Source: Spizellomyces punctatus DAOM BR117
Lineage: Eukaryota
Direction: 5' to 3' (one strand)
Length of the DNA stretch: 64,000 bases
Assembly: GCA_000182565.2 (NCBI GenBank)
Contig: KQ257453.1
Positions within the stretch are counted from its first letter, which is position 1, and each line of letters opens with the position of its first letter. Below, in pieces: positions 25,765-38,181 of this stretch. Under the pieces are notes generated by a model. That model had not been told where the DNA came from. It made no database searches and worked only from the letters and a program-made list of their open reading frames with translations. The position numbers and the translations under genes are program-made.

Positions 25765-28700
25765 CTTTGACTACCCTCAGCACCCTGGTCTCGGCAACAA
25801 CTAATGAATTGGGGAATTTGCTTGAAATCTCCCGTTGCTTGTTCAGCTTGCGCGATTTGGCTTACACAGACCGAGCTAAGCCACGCTGGTCATCAGAGTG
25901 CTTGCCTCACGTCAGTTGAAGCCATTGTGTTTGATGTTAAGTTTGACGTTGCAATCACTTTGGCGTGAAAATGAAGAGGGATACAGAGACGTGGAACTAT
26001 ATGTGAAAATTGCCTTTCGGTCGATAGCGACAAGGCTTTGGAAAAAATCTCCAAGGTTGAATGCCAAATTTAGCGCCAACGGGCACGATCTACAGATTCG
26101 ATCTACATTTACACCTGAAGCCAATCTCTGCTCGGATGTATTTCAGCAGAAAGCACCTGTAAGCAGCATACGCATCTATACGAATCTAGACATCATTTTC
26201 TGTGTAAAAGCTTACTCTCGTCGAGTCACACTAACTGTCGAATCGTGCAGCACGGCCGTCTTCTTCTTGCGCATGCAGCAGTCTTCGCGTCCAATCCGAA
26301 GGCACAACTACAAGATGTGCGTGCGTTGGTGTGTCCTCATCTCTTCGCTTAGTCCCATACCTTGGGCATGTCTGTTTTGCTTGTGATTAACAGCATCAGG
26401 AAGTTGGGTCTCAACTTCATGGTGCCCATCAATAGCTCTCATTAGCGGCCGGTCCTTGGTCACACCCTGCAGTTCTGGTATACGATATAATTCGAGCTGT
26501 TATGTCTCGAACAGAGCAGCACGATGGAATGAAAGTTGCGGTGCTTTCCATCATGCTTCATCTAGTATCGACTGGCTTCGAAAGCAAAACACATGAGCAT
26601 CCTGCACGCACCATTCCTCTTCTTTCGTGTGTGGTGTATCAAACGATGCCGACGCGGCGCACAATCCTACCGTGTCGGAGACCTAGAGCCCCATCTCCCT
26701 TCGATAGACCTCTATCCAGGGTTTGGTAACCTTGTCCTTGCCAGTTCCTGTGGCGTTCTTAACGTGCACCCACCCCTCAGGAATGACGACTCCCAATCGT
26801 AACCTCCTTCAGAGAGGTGTTCAGTTTGGTGTATTCCTCTAATGCGAGCGTGCGACGACTGCTGGTACTGAACATGTCTGCGATCTTCTCGGGAAAGGTC
26901 TCTGACCTCGCGTTCGTGACCGGATCGCGCTTGAACGCGCTGAAGATTGAAACTCCAAGTCGTTGTCTGACAGATGGACGGGTTCGCCAAACGACGTGAT
27001 GGAAGTTGCGGGCACACGCCAACAATTATCTTCTTTGTTTTTGATTTTAACCATAGTGGGCATCTCATTGTAGTCTGCGGGGTTCAACCGAGGCCAGTGA
27101 TATTGCAAATCCATGAGGTATTTCGGAACGGGAGGCACCTTCCTGCGTCGTCTCAACTGCAACGACGAGAGCACATGAACCGGAAGCGTCTCTGTGGGGA
27201 GCTTGCGGGGTGCGATAAGCGACCCTTGTTTCCGAACCTCTTTCTCCGCCCGCCACATCTGAGGGTGCTTCGCAAAGAGGAGCCCAGCAACCGACGACGG
27301 TCAAGAGGATGCAGGCCACAGCCGACATAGTGGGCTCTGGCCAGCGGCGCTGCTCGTTGGAAATGCCCGAGTACTTGTCCCAGGCTGGTTAGGCTTGCGG
27401 TCGAACGGTTGGATGGGTGAGTCGGTAGCAGTAGGCGGGAGGGGATTCGTAGGCTGGAGAGTTAGTGAGCGGGAGCGGGAAAGAGGAGCGAAAGGCGAAC
27501 CGCCAAAGGTGGAGGAGGAGGGGACGAGAGTAAATTTGACGCGAGAGAGGCGACGCAGTACAGTACAAGGAGGGACAAGCCGCTTACGTAAAGCGCGATC
27601 GAGCCTTTTGATACCTTTCAGACAATTGTCATCGATGTGGAAAAGGTCAACCAAAAGAGCGGGTGAAAGCATCATATTAGCTATATGCCCCACTGAATGC
27701 AGTTTGCAGCTTTTGCCGTTTGGTTCCGATACGAGATTAAATGTACTTGTGAATGAGCTTTTTTCAACTTTTGCCTCGTCATCTTTTCTATCAAATACTT
27801 TTCTAATATGGGAAGTCTGGTTTCGCATGTTGTACGCTTCTGATTCCCAGAGTTGGAACAAGTCTTGTTGAGAACCAGCGGATTGCCACCAAATCCAACA
27901 TAAGCAAACACTTTACCGACATCCAAATGATGAAGGAATAATGCTTTCCCTGAACAGCGTATTCTAGTCGATAACCACTATGTTGCTCATTGCTCACTTC
28001 TATCAATGATGCTGCAAAAATGCTTTTTGCGTCGCATATGGTATATGACAGTCATTCTGGTAGTACTTTTGACGCTAGGTGTTTTCCTCGTCGCGTTGGT
28101 TGCGGGATGCTTTGTAGCCGCACACGTATTGGAAGCTTATTATGAAGCGTATAATGAAACCTTCGAGAGGACACGTTACCATGACTTGAAACAAAAGACT
28201 TTGACTTGCGAGAACGATCATATCTAGAACGACCAAAGTTGTCGGATTTTAGAAAAGTTGAACAAGAGCAAGTAGACGTTTCCAAGTTGGTCACATCTGT
28301 GCAAGAAGCACATATAAAGATAGAATGGGAGGAGCTTGAAAAGTGTGGAGCAGATTTGAGGAAAGTCATTGACCACTGGAAAAGACCTTATAACAAAGGA
28401 ACACAAGGTTGACAGTCTTTTGAGGAAAGAAGCGAACAAAGAAATCTTGAACAGGTTATGTTTCCCCCACGAGGACTTGCGAGACATGTAAAGGGTCGGC
28501 GTCGATATCATTGCCTTCTAGTTGGAGACAAACTCGCGCAGACGACCAAGAACTTTTGGTTGCATCGAAAAGCTCGTTTGGCAGATCATTTTTATCGCGT
28601 AAGTAAAGATTCATCCAACCCATGGCGTCCTAACCTCGTTTGGTATCAGCTCTGATTATGAATTTGGATGAAGGGGTCTAAAGAATGAATACTTGAGTAT

Positions 28701-29234
28701 GAATTTTATTGTTAAGGTAAAGGTTATAAAGAATGAATACTTGATTAGGATGGATAGGAAAGGAGAATAAGTAATAGGACGTAATTGTAAGTAAAAAGAA
28801 TGCTTAATCAACGGGTTCTAATTAAGGTGTTATAGAAAAGTTTAAATTCCACCTAGCAGTGTCAAAGCACCATCATCCTCACCCTTCTTTAAAATGTGCA
28901 ACGGAATCATATCTTTCGTGAAGATTGAACCATAACATAAAGGTGTTTGCCTCTGTAATCTTCCATGCAAAGGTCTGCGCACAATGCTGCGGACGTTGAT
29001 GGACCACGTTAGTTTCTTTCCAACGTGCCTTCATACATGCATGGAGAATTGCTCGCCAGTTGCTCATGGTAGGTACCAGGAGACAAGGACGCGGTCTTTG
29101 ACGGTGGAAGACGATGTGGGGAAGCTACTTTTGAGCTGAGTCATAACCCATTCTCTTCACAATTTCTGAAGCCTGCGTTTCCTGTTCCATTTCATCTCTG
29201 CTTGCAAACGAGACGTTTGTAGACGTCCTACACA

Positions 29235-30782
29235 ATGCTCTCTGTTGCTACAAGCTTCATTGCGCTCACCGCGGGCATTGTTGCCGCCTACTATTATTCA
29301 CCTCGTTCTGTCAAACGGTCAATTGTCATTCGCATTTTGGGTGCTTTAGCACCTCCACCAAAACTAGGAATGCCATATTCGTCTCTGATCAACCCTCATT
29401 CGCCTCTTCGACAGCATGCTCGAAATCTCTGGACGGTCGTCGGAAATCTTCCTCCTCGGAACTCGGCGTTGCCGTGTACAATGACTGTCTACCGCTTCCC
29501 TGGAACAAAATTCTTGTGGATCCACTCCCCGATCTGTTTAAATGATGAGGTTAGAGCGGAACTGGAGGCTTTGGGAAAAGTTACTTGGATTGTAGTGCCC
29601 AATCGCATGCATAGAACATATGTGGAGGCGTGGCATCAATTATATCCGCAGGCCAAGATCGCCTGTCCTGAGAAGGAAAAGGAGGGCGTCGAAAAGGTTG
29701 TCAAGGTGGACACGGCCTGTGAGGATGTCTGGCAGATCATAACCTATGATAAAGATGTTCCTGAAAAGGAAACTGCACCAAAGTCAGCAGAGGACAATCA
29801 ACTCAAAACCACTTCCCCGCGTCAGAAGGAACCTTCGCCCACGGCTGAGTGCAGTGTATGTGGAGAATACAAAACCAAACAAGAATTTTCAGCACGCCAA
29901 TGGAGACAGGATGAGCAGAGGAAATGCATAGACTGTGTCGCCGAATACGAGCATTCAAAAGACTGGGTGGCAGAAAAAAACAAGCCTCGTCCTACTGAGT
30001 TCACACCAGCCTCCTGGCAAACACCAAAAGAGCGCCAAACAACACAAGTCCGCCACCGAAAGGTCTCAGAAGGCAAACGCATAAACGCCTATGAAGAGAA
30101 TGAGCGTCAGCAACAGGAAGACAGTGGTTCGGGTTGGTCCACATCCTCTGAGGAGACTGGCGATGCCGATTGGAAAATCGATCAATGGTGGCTGCAGGAC
30201 GATCGCAAGGGCAAACCGTTACCTGACTGGGAGGATGTGAAGAACGACTATGCGTTTGATGAAGATGTCAATAAACTGGAACACGATGAGCAGGTGCTGG
30301 TCACTGGGCGGATCGGCCAGTCGTTAGAGGTTCGCCCACGTCGTCGAGCTGTCCGCTGCATTCGTCCTGAAGGATGCTACCCAGAGACCCAGGAATTGCT
30401 CTATGTTGTGGAATTGGAAAGGTGCGTTAAACATACGAGCTAGATCCCATCAATGCTAACATTAGATTTCGATTCGTTCAGTAAACCCCCCACACACGCC
30501 CTAATTAGCACGGATCTATTCTTCAACATTGATCTGGATGGCGTGGATACCATTACCAAACTCCTTGGCAGCGCTGGATTCTTTGGACCAACACCAATTT
30601 GCAAGTTTTTTTGCATCCAAGATGCACATGCCTTTGAGCAATGGGTGCACGAGAGCATTATAGGAATCGTCAAGAAGGAAGCTGTCAAGGTCGTTGTAGT
30701 GGCACATGGTGACGTTATCGAGGGCGATGAGGACATAATCGTTGGGAAATTTTGTGAAGCTGCCAAAAAAGCTGTTGAATGA
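29235..30782 (+). CDS. DUF4336-like (metallo-beta-lactamase-like fold) protein with N-terminal TM and inserted C4 zinc finger
   Basis: MTVYR, LWIHSPI, LEALGKVTWIVVPNRMH, W...YPQAK. After intron 30422-30481: LISTDLFFN and VVVAHGDVI. Insert contains CSVC..KQEFSARQ...RKCIDC. Confidence 0.8.
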
Positions 30783-31076
30783 ATCCTTCCGCTAGGTAGC
30801 TCGATGAGACTTTGCGACGCAAGGGATCTGGTATTGCTTGATACCGCTGGCTTGTCTAAAAACCGGGAAATGCCTTGGACATTTGAAGCATTGGTTGGGA
30901 GAACTATAGCACACACAAATCCCGCTTTCCATATTTGGCTTAATTTGCTTGCGTATCGATTTATGCGTCACTATGAGTCATGTGCTTTGGTTCAACTTGA
31001 AAGATAAAGTCCGCAGTGTAACCCGCAATCTCTTCGAGTGTGAATTTCTGCCAATTTGCAGTATTACAGCCGTGTC

Positions 31077-32782
31077 ATGCCGTCAAAACGGGCCGCGAAG
31101 GTCACTGTCTTGGGAGGAGGTGTCATTGGTTTGACTGTTGGTAAGTCGTTCCAAGCTGCGGTACTCTGATACCAAGTGGAAGATCTAATGTTTATTGTGT
31201 TAATAAAGCTGGGTAAAGATCGGACTCAGAGTTCACAATGTTGGAGGGATGAAGGCCTGATACGTTTTCACCGTGCTTTTAGAGTCTTACAAGCGCGAGG
31301 CTACAAAGTTACCGTTGTAAGCCGCGCTTTTCCCGACAATCCGGACGACGACCCTTCCTTCACTTCTCCGGCAGCTGGCGCTCACTGGCGGAGTTTTGCT
31401 GAGAAGGATGACTACAGGCTTCAAGGTGAGTGAGACGGGCTATTATCCTTAACGCTGAACATTTTGTGGCTAATGCCGTCTGGCCCAGAATGGGATGAGA
31501 CCACATTTCAGGCAATGGTACGGCTATGCGATGTTCCCGGTACCGGATTAATGATGGCACCAGGTGAGATTGCGTCCTACCGAGTCTATTGGCAGACGAA
31601 TCTATTCATGCCTGGATGCGTCTACCAGCATACGAGTTTTGGGCCGATCCGATGGAGTCCTGGGAAGATCCCTTCTTTGCTCGATTCACCCCAAAATACA
31701 AGATTCTAGATACTGCATCCCTCCCTCCGACCTGCAAATTTGGAATCTCCTATGAAACAAGTCAGTGCTTGGCTGTAGACCTGCCTTGTCGGGTGCTCAT
31801 CTCATGTTTTCATAGTCTGCATCAATGTTCCCAAGTATCTTCTATGGCTGCTAGAAAAGTTCAAGTCCCTTGGCGGATCCCTTCGAAAGCAGAGTGTAGC
31901 TCATATTGATGAGTTGCTGAATGAGGACGTGGATGTGGTGATCAATTGTGCGGGTATTGGAGCGCGGACGCTTGGTGGTGTCGAGGATGTGCAAACTTAT
32001 GCAACACGGGGACAAGTGCGTTCATCAAACATTCATTAGCCGCTCACGCCGTCTGTTTAACATGTCTGTGATATATTTGCAGACTGTCTTGGTTAGAGCA
32101 CCACATGTTCGGCATACAGTCACGCGATTGGGCCAGGTTCATGGTAAGACCATGATTGTCTGTCAGAGACGGCATACCCAAATGCTCATTGTGTGACTGG
32201 CCGACAGAGGATTTCACCTACATTATCCCCCGTGATGACGGTATTGTTGTCCTGGGCGGCACGTATCAAGCCAATAACTAGTACGTTTGTAAAATCCCTG
32301 TGTGTTTGGCATGCATCAGTACTGACCCTGAAGCAGTACATTAGAGCCGGACATGCCAACAGCCGAGGCCATAATTCAACGTTGCTTGTCCATTTGTCCG
32401 GAGCTGCAAGTGGACGGTAAACTTGATATCATTAAACATAAGGCGGGCTTGCGTCCAACGCGCGTGGGAGGCGTGCGATGTGAGGCTGAATGGAAGGGTA
32501 TGTATCTTTTCATGTCGAAATCAAATGAAGACGACATTTTCACTGATGAATTTATAGAGTCAAGCGATAACCGAAAAGTTTTACTGGTTCACTGTTATGG
32601 TCACGGTATGCCCACTTGATCGAGACGTGATGTGGACTTGTTACTGAACGTTAGATTTTCTTTTCCCAGGCGGTTACGGATTTCAATCTAGTATCGGCTG
32701 TGCGGCAACTGTCGCGATGATAACTGATGGAGAACGTGCAAGACGAGGGGCGCACGGCGACGAACTAACTGTAAAACTGTGA
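31077..32782 (+). CDS. DAO: D-amino-acid oxidase (FAD), probably peroxisomal
   Basis: VTVLGGGVIGL, FTSPAAGAHW, INVPKYLLWL, VVINCAGIGARTLGGVED, TRGQ, TYIIPR, GGTYQ, GLRPTR, VHCYGH|GGYGFQSS.G; ends in the PTS1-like VKL*. Confidence 0.94.
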
Positions 32783-33617
32783 CATCCATCTGCTTCGCAA
32801 TATTGTTAAATGGGATTGTTTATATTTTATACATGGCATTTCTTACCATTTGTTTATCTTGCTCCCGTTTCAATGGGTTAAAGCACAGTATGTCGCACGA
32901 ATAACTAATCAAACATGCAGTTAGTTCATTTACATATCTTATGCTTGCCCGTCAGCTGTGACCTGGCACTTGTACCTCTCCCACTCTGCAGTTATATGTC
33001 CGCGATTAGATCATGATTTTACCCCTAATCCCCTGCGTTCACATGTCTGGCACAACCAGAGAGAAGTCAAAGCTTCAAGGAGTTACCTGACGGACAGTGT
33101 TTTGTAGTGTGAGTGTAGGTGTGTGCCCGATGTCAATCTAACCAGAGTTAGTCGGGATCATTTCACATCGCGATTTTTGCATCATGGCTCAAAACGACTT
33201 CCAGTAATCCTGCAACTTTGGCACCTTCAACAGATTGAAAATATATTGAACATTTACAGAAGCAGATAATTTCATTTTCTCAGTATCAACGTTTCCGTAT
33301 TTTGATCCTTTTAGGCTTGCTCATTGCGGTATCTTCAAAGTCGGTTCACATGAAAAGTCAATGAAAAGCTCAACAAATCAGTAGAGAAAGATCACGTCGG
33401 AAGACTGTACGGGGTCTTGTCATTTCTCCTTTCCTACATAATTGGTGAAGCAGTGTTGAATGTTGGTTTAAGAACTAGAGCCATGCGCTCATTGTATATG
33501 TTATGAACAAACACTGGAGCGACTTTGCCCGGGATGGGCCAAATCAATGGATGGACATGAAAAAACGCGGATTTCGCGATACTACAGCACTTTCCAATAC
33601 CAAAGTTCTACTTGACC

Positions 33618-34742
33618 ATGGCAGCTTGGCCTTGCCTACCGAATAATATACCGGATTGCGCAAAATGCAAGCTTTTGCGGGAGCACATTGAAGCGTTGAA
33701 AGAGGATGTAACTGAAGAGCGTCGTCTATTCGAAGATTTTCAAGAGACATCACGGGAATATGAACAGGAGCTCCAAACCGAGAATACCCAGCTTCATAAA
33801 CAACTAGAGAGTCTCCAGACACGACTGGAAGCAACACGAACGGATGCTGACGTATGGAAGCAGCGCTGGCGTATCGCAAAGCAGGATGCAGTAAATGAAC
33901 TCAACATTGTGATTGGAGAACTGGAACGAACTCGAACACAGGAGGAATGCTACAAGAGGCGGACAGTGGATTTAGAGATGGATAATGATTGTCTGGAGGT
34001 TTGGCCCACATGAACTTGAAGTATAGGGAAATTTGGTTTGTCTCATCACGAATCGCAACATCAGAGGGCAGAGCGTGTTGTGAAATCCAGCATTCAAGAT
34101 CTGGACGCTCGATACACGGCTCTATTGGAGGAAAACGTCCTTCTGAAATGTGAGCTAGAGACGGCCAACGGTTACCGCGACGAAATCATCCACTTGCAAG
34201 AGGTATGCACTCACAGTGCTGATCCGTTACTCGATTGGGTTTTAAACACTAGTTGGCTTATATTTCAGGAAATCCGAGATTTACAGATGGAATTGGGTGT
34301 ACTGCGTGATCGTGACCGAGCTCTGGCGACCACGCATTTCTGGCAAAATGCAAGTCGCAATGCCTCCCAAGTGTCCATTGCAGCCAGTCCGACAGCTCTC
34401 ATGCTTCGAGCATACGGAGTGACAATGAGTAGAAGAAACTCGTCCGACCTATCTACCACAACCCTCGCAAATGCACCTCCATTGCCAAATGGAGGAAAAA
34501 TAGGAGATTTGGATGCCAACAGATGTGAATCCGTGGATTGTGGGGAACGTTTGGCAAGAGTCGAGACAATTGGTCCTCATGATGAAATCAAGCATTCGAC
34601 GAAAGGTCTCAAAAGAATTCTACGCAAAGTCGGCCCACCGCTTGCTGCATTGCCCTCCAAGGGAAGAAAGCAGACGCTGAAGGTGAAACGATATTTTTCG
34701 GTCAAGTACAAGGAACTTTGCAATATTAGGTCTGCTGCGTGA
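33618..34742 (+). CDS. NudE/Nde1-like coiled-coil protein (divergent)
   Basis: FEDFQETSREYEQELQTE, DLEMDNDCLE|RAERVVKSSIQDL...LEENVLLKCEL, EIRDLQMEL follow the NUDE coiled-coil pattern. Start and 3' end are uncertain. Confidence 0.72.
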
Positions 34743-35534
34743 CATTGTATATTAGGATATAAGCGATTTGTGGTGGTTAGGCTTTCCTTGACTGTACAAA
34801 GTAAATTTGGTGATAGTGTTCAAGCTTTGAGTCTTTGCTGATTTTTGCCAAGGATGATGGTGGCAGCCGTGAACAATAGCAATATGAAATGTCCAAAACG
34901 GCAGCGGGAGATAGCATGGTGGACTGATACCCGAACGCACGATCCCATCCCGCGTCATTTGCCACTATAACGTTTGGTTGTAGCGTACGTGTCCGTTGTA
35001 CGTAGCCCACATGCCGATTCAAAGCTGGTTTCCCATCTTTTACAATGCATAGCGGGTGTATTTTTGCCTAAATACTGTCTCAGCAAGTGCATGTCCGTCG
35101 CTCGGCCCGCTGGCGTGACCCTTGTGCCAAATTACAAGGTGATACCATCCAGCGGAGGTCCTTAATCATGTCAACCATTACTGGATGTGACATTGTTCAT
35201 CAGCGCTCCGCCTAGTCATCGTATATGATTACCTAATAAACGATAATGCATGGCATGGCAAGCGGGGAAAATAATGCCGACTAATTCAAAATCCACCCAC
35301 GCACCAAACGGCTAATTTCATTATTCCATATTTAGTAATATCCTTGATTAAGTCATCCAAGGCCCTCGTCTCGGAGCTGAAATGCCGCTCGATGGCGAGT
35401 GGTGCGGGCAATGATCGCATACCGGCTCCGCTTGCAGCTTCAGATATAAAAAGCCCTTCACGTCGAATGCAATCGCCCAACAATACTCTACACATTCTTT
35501 CGATCAAAGCAAGCACACCCATAACACCGCAAAC

Positions 35535-36090
35535 ATGACTGTTATCGGATCCTTCCACGAACTGCAAGTCAACGACAAGCGCGGCAAGCCTTTCGATCTG
35601 TCCCAACTCAAGGGGAAGGTTGTCATTGTTGTAAACGTTGCCTCCAAGTGTGGTTTCACGCCCCAGTACAAGGGTCTTGAAGAGTTGTACCAACAATACA
35701 AGGACCAGGGTCTTGTCATCCTCGGCTTCCCATGCAACCAGTTTGGTAGCCAGGTACGTTGCCAATTGAGCATCATCATTCCAGACTGGATATTGACATG
35801 ATGTTTGCACATTTCATTAGGCTCCAGGCTCCGCTGAAGAGGAAGGCGCCGTCTGCCAACTCAACTATGGTGTGACTTTCCCCATTATGGAGAAGGTGGA
35901 AGTGAACGGAGACAACGTTCACCCAGTTTACGAATGGCTCAAGGAACAAAAGGCTGGATTGTTGGGGCTAAGGAGGATCAAGTGGAACTTTGAGAAATTC
36001 TTGATTGACAAGGACGGAAAGGTTGTTGCTCGTTATGCCAGTACAACTGAACCTGCCTCAGTCGGCAAGGACGCTGTCAAGCTTTTGTAG
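35535..36090 (+). CDS. Cys-type glutathione/thioredoxin peroxidase (GPx family), copy 1
   Basis: [30 protein letters not shown]| (intron 35754-35820), [10 protein letters not shown]. The peroxidatic codon is TGT (Cys). Confidence 0.95.
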
Positions 36091-36871
36091 TGTAGTGTGT
36101 AGTGTGTATAGGACAGATTTATAGAGGAGGGTTTGGGAGTACATTTGGGAGGAACCAGCTTATTGTTTATATCATTGGATTATTTTGCATTTGAATATTA
36201 TACCGTGCACACTTGGGCACATAATCGTATCTCTTTGATGAAGTATGTTTTCTCTTTTGGGAGCAGCAAAGTAGTTATGCATCAGTCGCTGACAGCTTTC
36301 CCATCTGGCCGACGTCTGAGTTGGTCTAATCCTACCTCCGGCCATGACATTAAACAAGAGCATTTGCAAGCGTCTTGACACTGCAGCTTTTTAATAGATA
36401 TTCGGCCTATAGTAACGGAAATCTTCCGTCATTCGGTTATCGAAACGCGGCTTAGCAGTGACTCATCACTCGGATCATTTGCCCAGATTTCCTTCCCGTA
36501 GGGTGGGTTATCGGCATTGAGCACACCTTCACTGCCATGCTTAAAACGCTCACCAAAAAGACCAAGAAAGGCGATACTGACTTGACGGATCCTAGAGATC
36601 GGAGCAATCAAGAGTTTCGAGATCATGTACTGGGAAATATATCCGTCAACCTTTCAGGTGGGTTGACCTAAATGGCTGAGGATGGAGGACAGGTGGAGCG
36701 TTCAGCTACAAAGGGACAGTCTCACGTCTAGATGGAGTATAAAGTCTGAAACTATTTGGCGCCGACGACTTTGGCTTAATGGTGTCAAAACCTAGAGGTT
36801 TTGCCTGGGAGATCTCAATTACTTGAGATTTGCTCCATCTGAACACAGTTACTGACAGCATCTTTCAACAG

Positions 36872-37601
36872 CTCTCGTCCAGAAAGGTTGGATATCGGAA
36901 CATACTGTCGATACTCTTGTTCAAACACTTCAAAGTAACGGCTTGACTGTTAGCACAACTGCCAGTGTTGCCGTCGGAAATGGTGCTGTGCAGCAAGAGA
37001 ATCCGCCCCCGCCGCCCGAGCGACCTCCCGCGTATGAGTTGCCTTCCGTGGCAGTAGCGGGTGCATATGTTAGCGGAGATGTTAAAAAGCACATTGATGG
37101 AGCTGTCAATAATGCCAATATTACGGGATCTGCAAACGGGGGGAGTGTTGCTGAAGCCACCGCTGCGTTAAATAGCTTTAATATGGCACGAAGTGTTACC
37201 ACGCCGGCGCTGAGTAGCGCATTGAATAGCGCACCGAACGACAGTGCACCACCTCTACCGCGCCGTCTGGGAGAACGATCTACCACGTCCGCGCCCGCCT
37301 CGCGTAACATAACACCATCTGGCCCTCCAATTCCCGCACCCAAACCACAACGAAAGATCATGGTAGCCACAGCCGATTTTGAACCCTTGGAGGAGGACGA
37401 TCTGGGATTCAGGACAGGTGATTTAATTGCGGTGATTGAAGACGGTGGGTAGATTATTCCTGCACGATCTGGACGCCACCCTCCCACTGACGCTTGTCAT
37501 TTTTTTTGAACCCGGACATAGTGGACGAGAATTGGTACAGAGGTACTCTACGCGGAAAGACGGGGATATTCCCCAAGAGCTTTGTCCAAGTTCGGAGATG
37601 A
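36872..37601 (+). CDS. Proline-rich protein with C-terminal SH3 domain (N-terminus unresolved; Lsb1/Pin3-like helix)
   Basis: ATADFEPLEEDDLGFRTGDLIAVIED|VDENWYRGTLRGKTGIFPKSFV (intron 37445-37521). PPPPPERPPAY and PPLPRR motifs. No clean first exon was found. Confidence 0.75.
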
Positions 37602-38181
37602 CTCTAAGTATCATTATGACTGCTGTATCTTGGCCTACTGTTTTTTATAATATCCACTTTTAATGTTGACACCTTTCACGATCTTGAGTGTATAGCGTGA
37701 CGGTGGTCACTTATTCTCTGTGTTCCGATGTACATGTTGATCGCATTCTCCATGGAAGTGGCACGATCAGCGCTCGATTGATGCATCAGCCAGTGCTGTC
37801 CAGTGCAAACCAGTCAGAAGGCCAAATACAGGGGACAACCATTACGTAAGGCCATTTAGTGATTGAAATCATCTTACAACCAGACTTTTTCCCCTTTTGC
37901 AATCCCTCATGCCTGCCCTGTTGGCTACTCCTGCTGCGACTCTGTCTACGCAGAGTATAATACCCTTGCTGGACGCTGATGACAATGTGATCTGCGGGAA
38001 AAAACTCCGACTCACACATGTGAAATCCATATCACTTCCAGGCGGGGGGCGATCGTTGACAGGACTGTGTGCAGTCAGTCTCACCACGCTATTGCAGTCA
38101 CCCAACCGAGGCCATACAAAGACAGGTAGCCACACTTCAAATGCCAAAGCGGAGCGGAAAGGAAAACATGTAGACGCCAAG

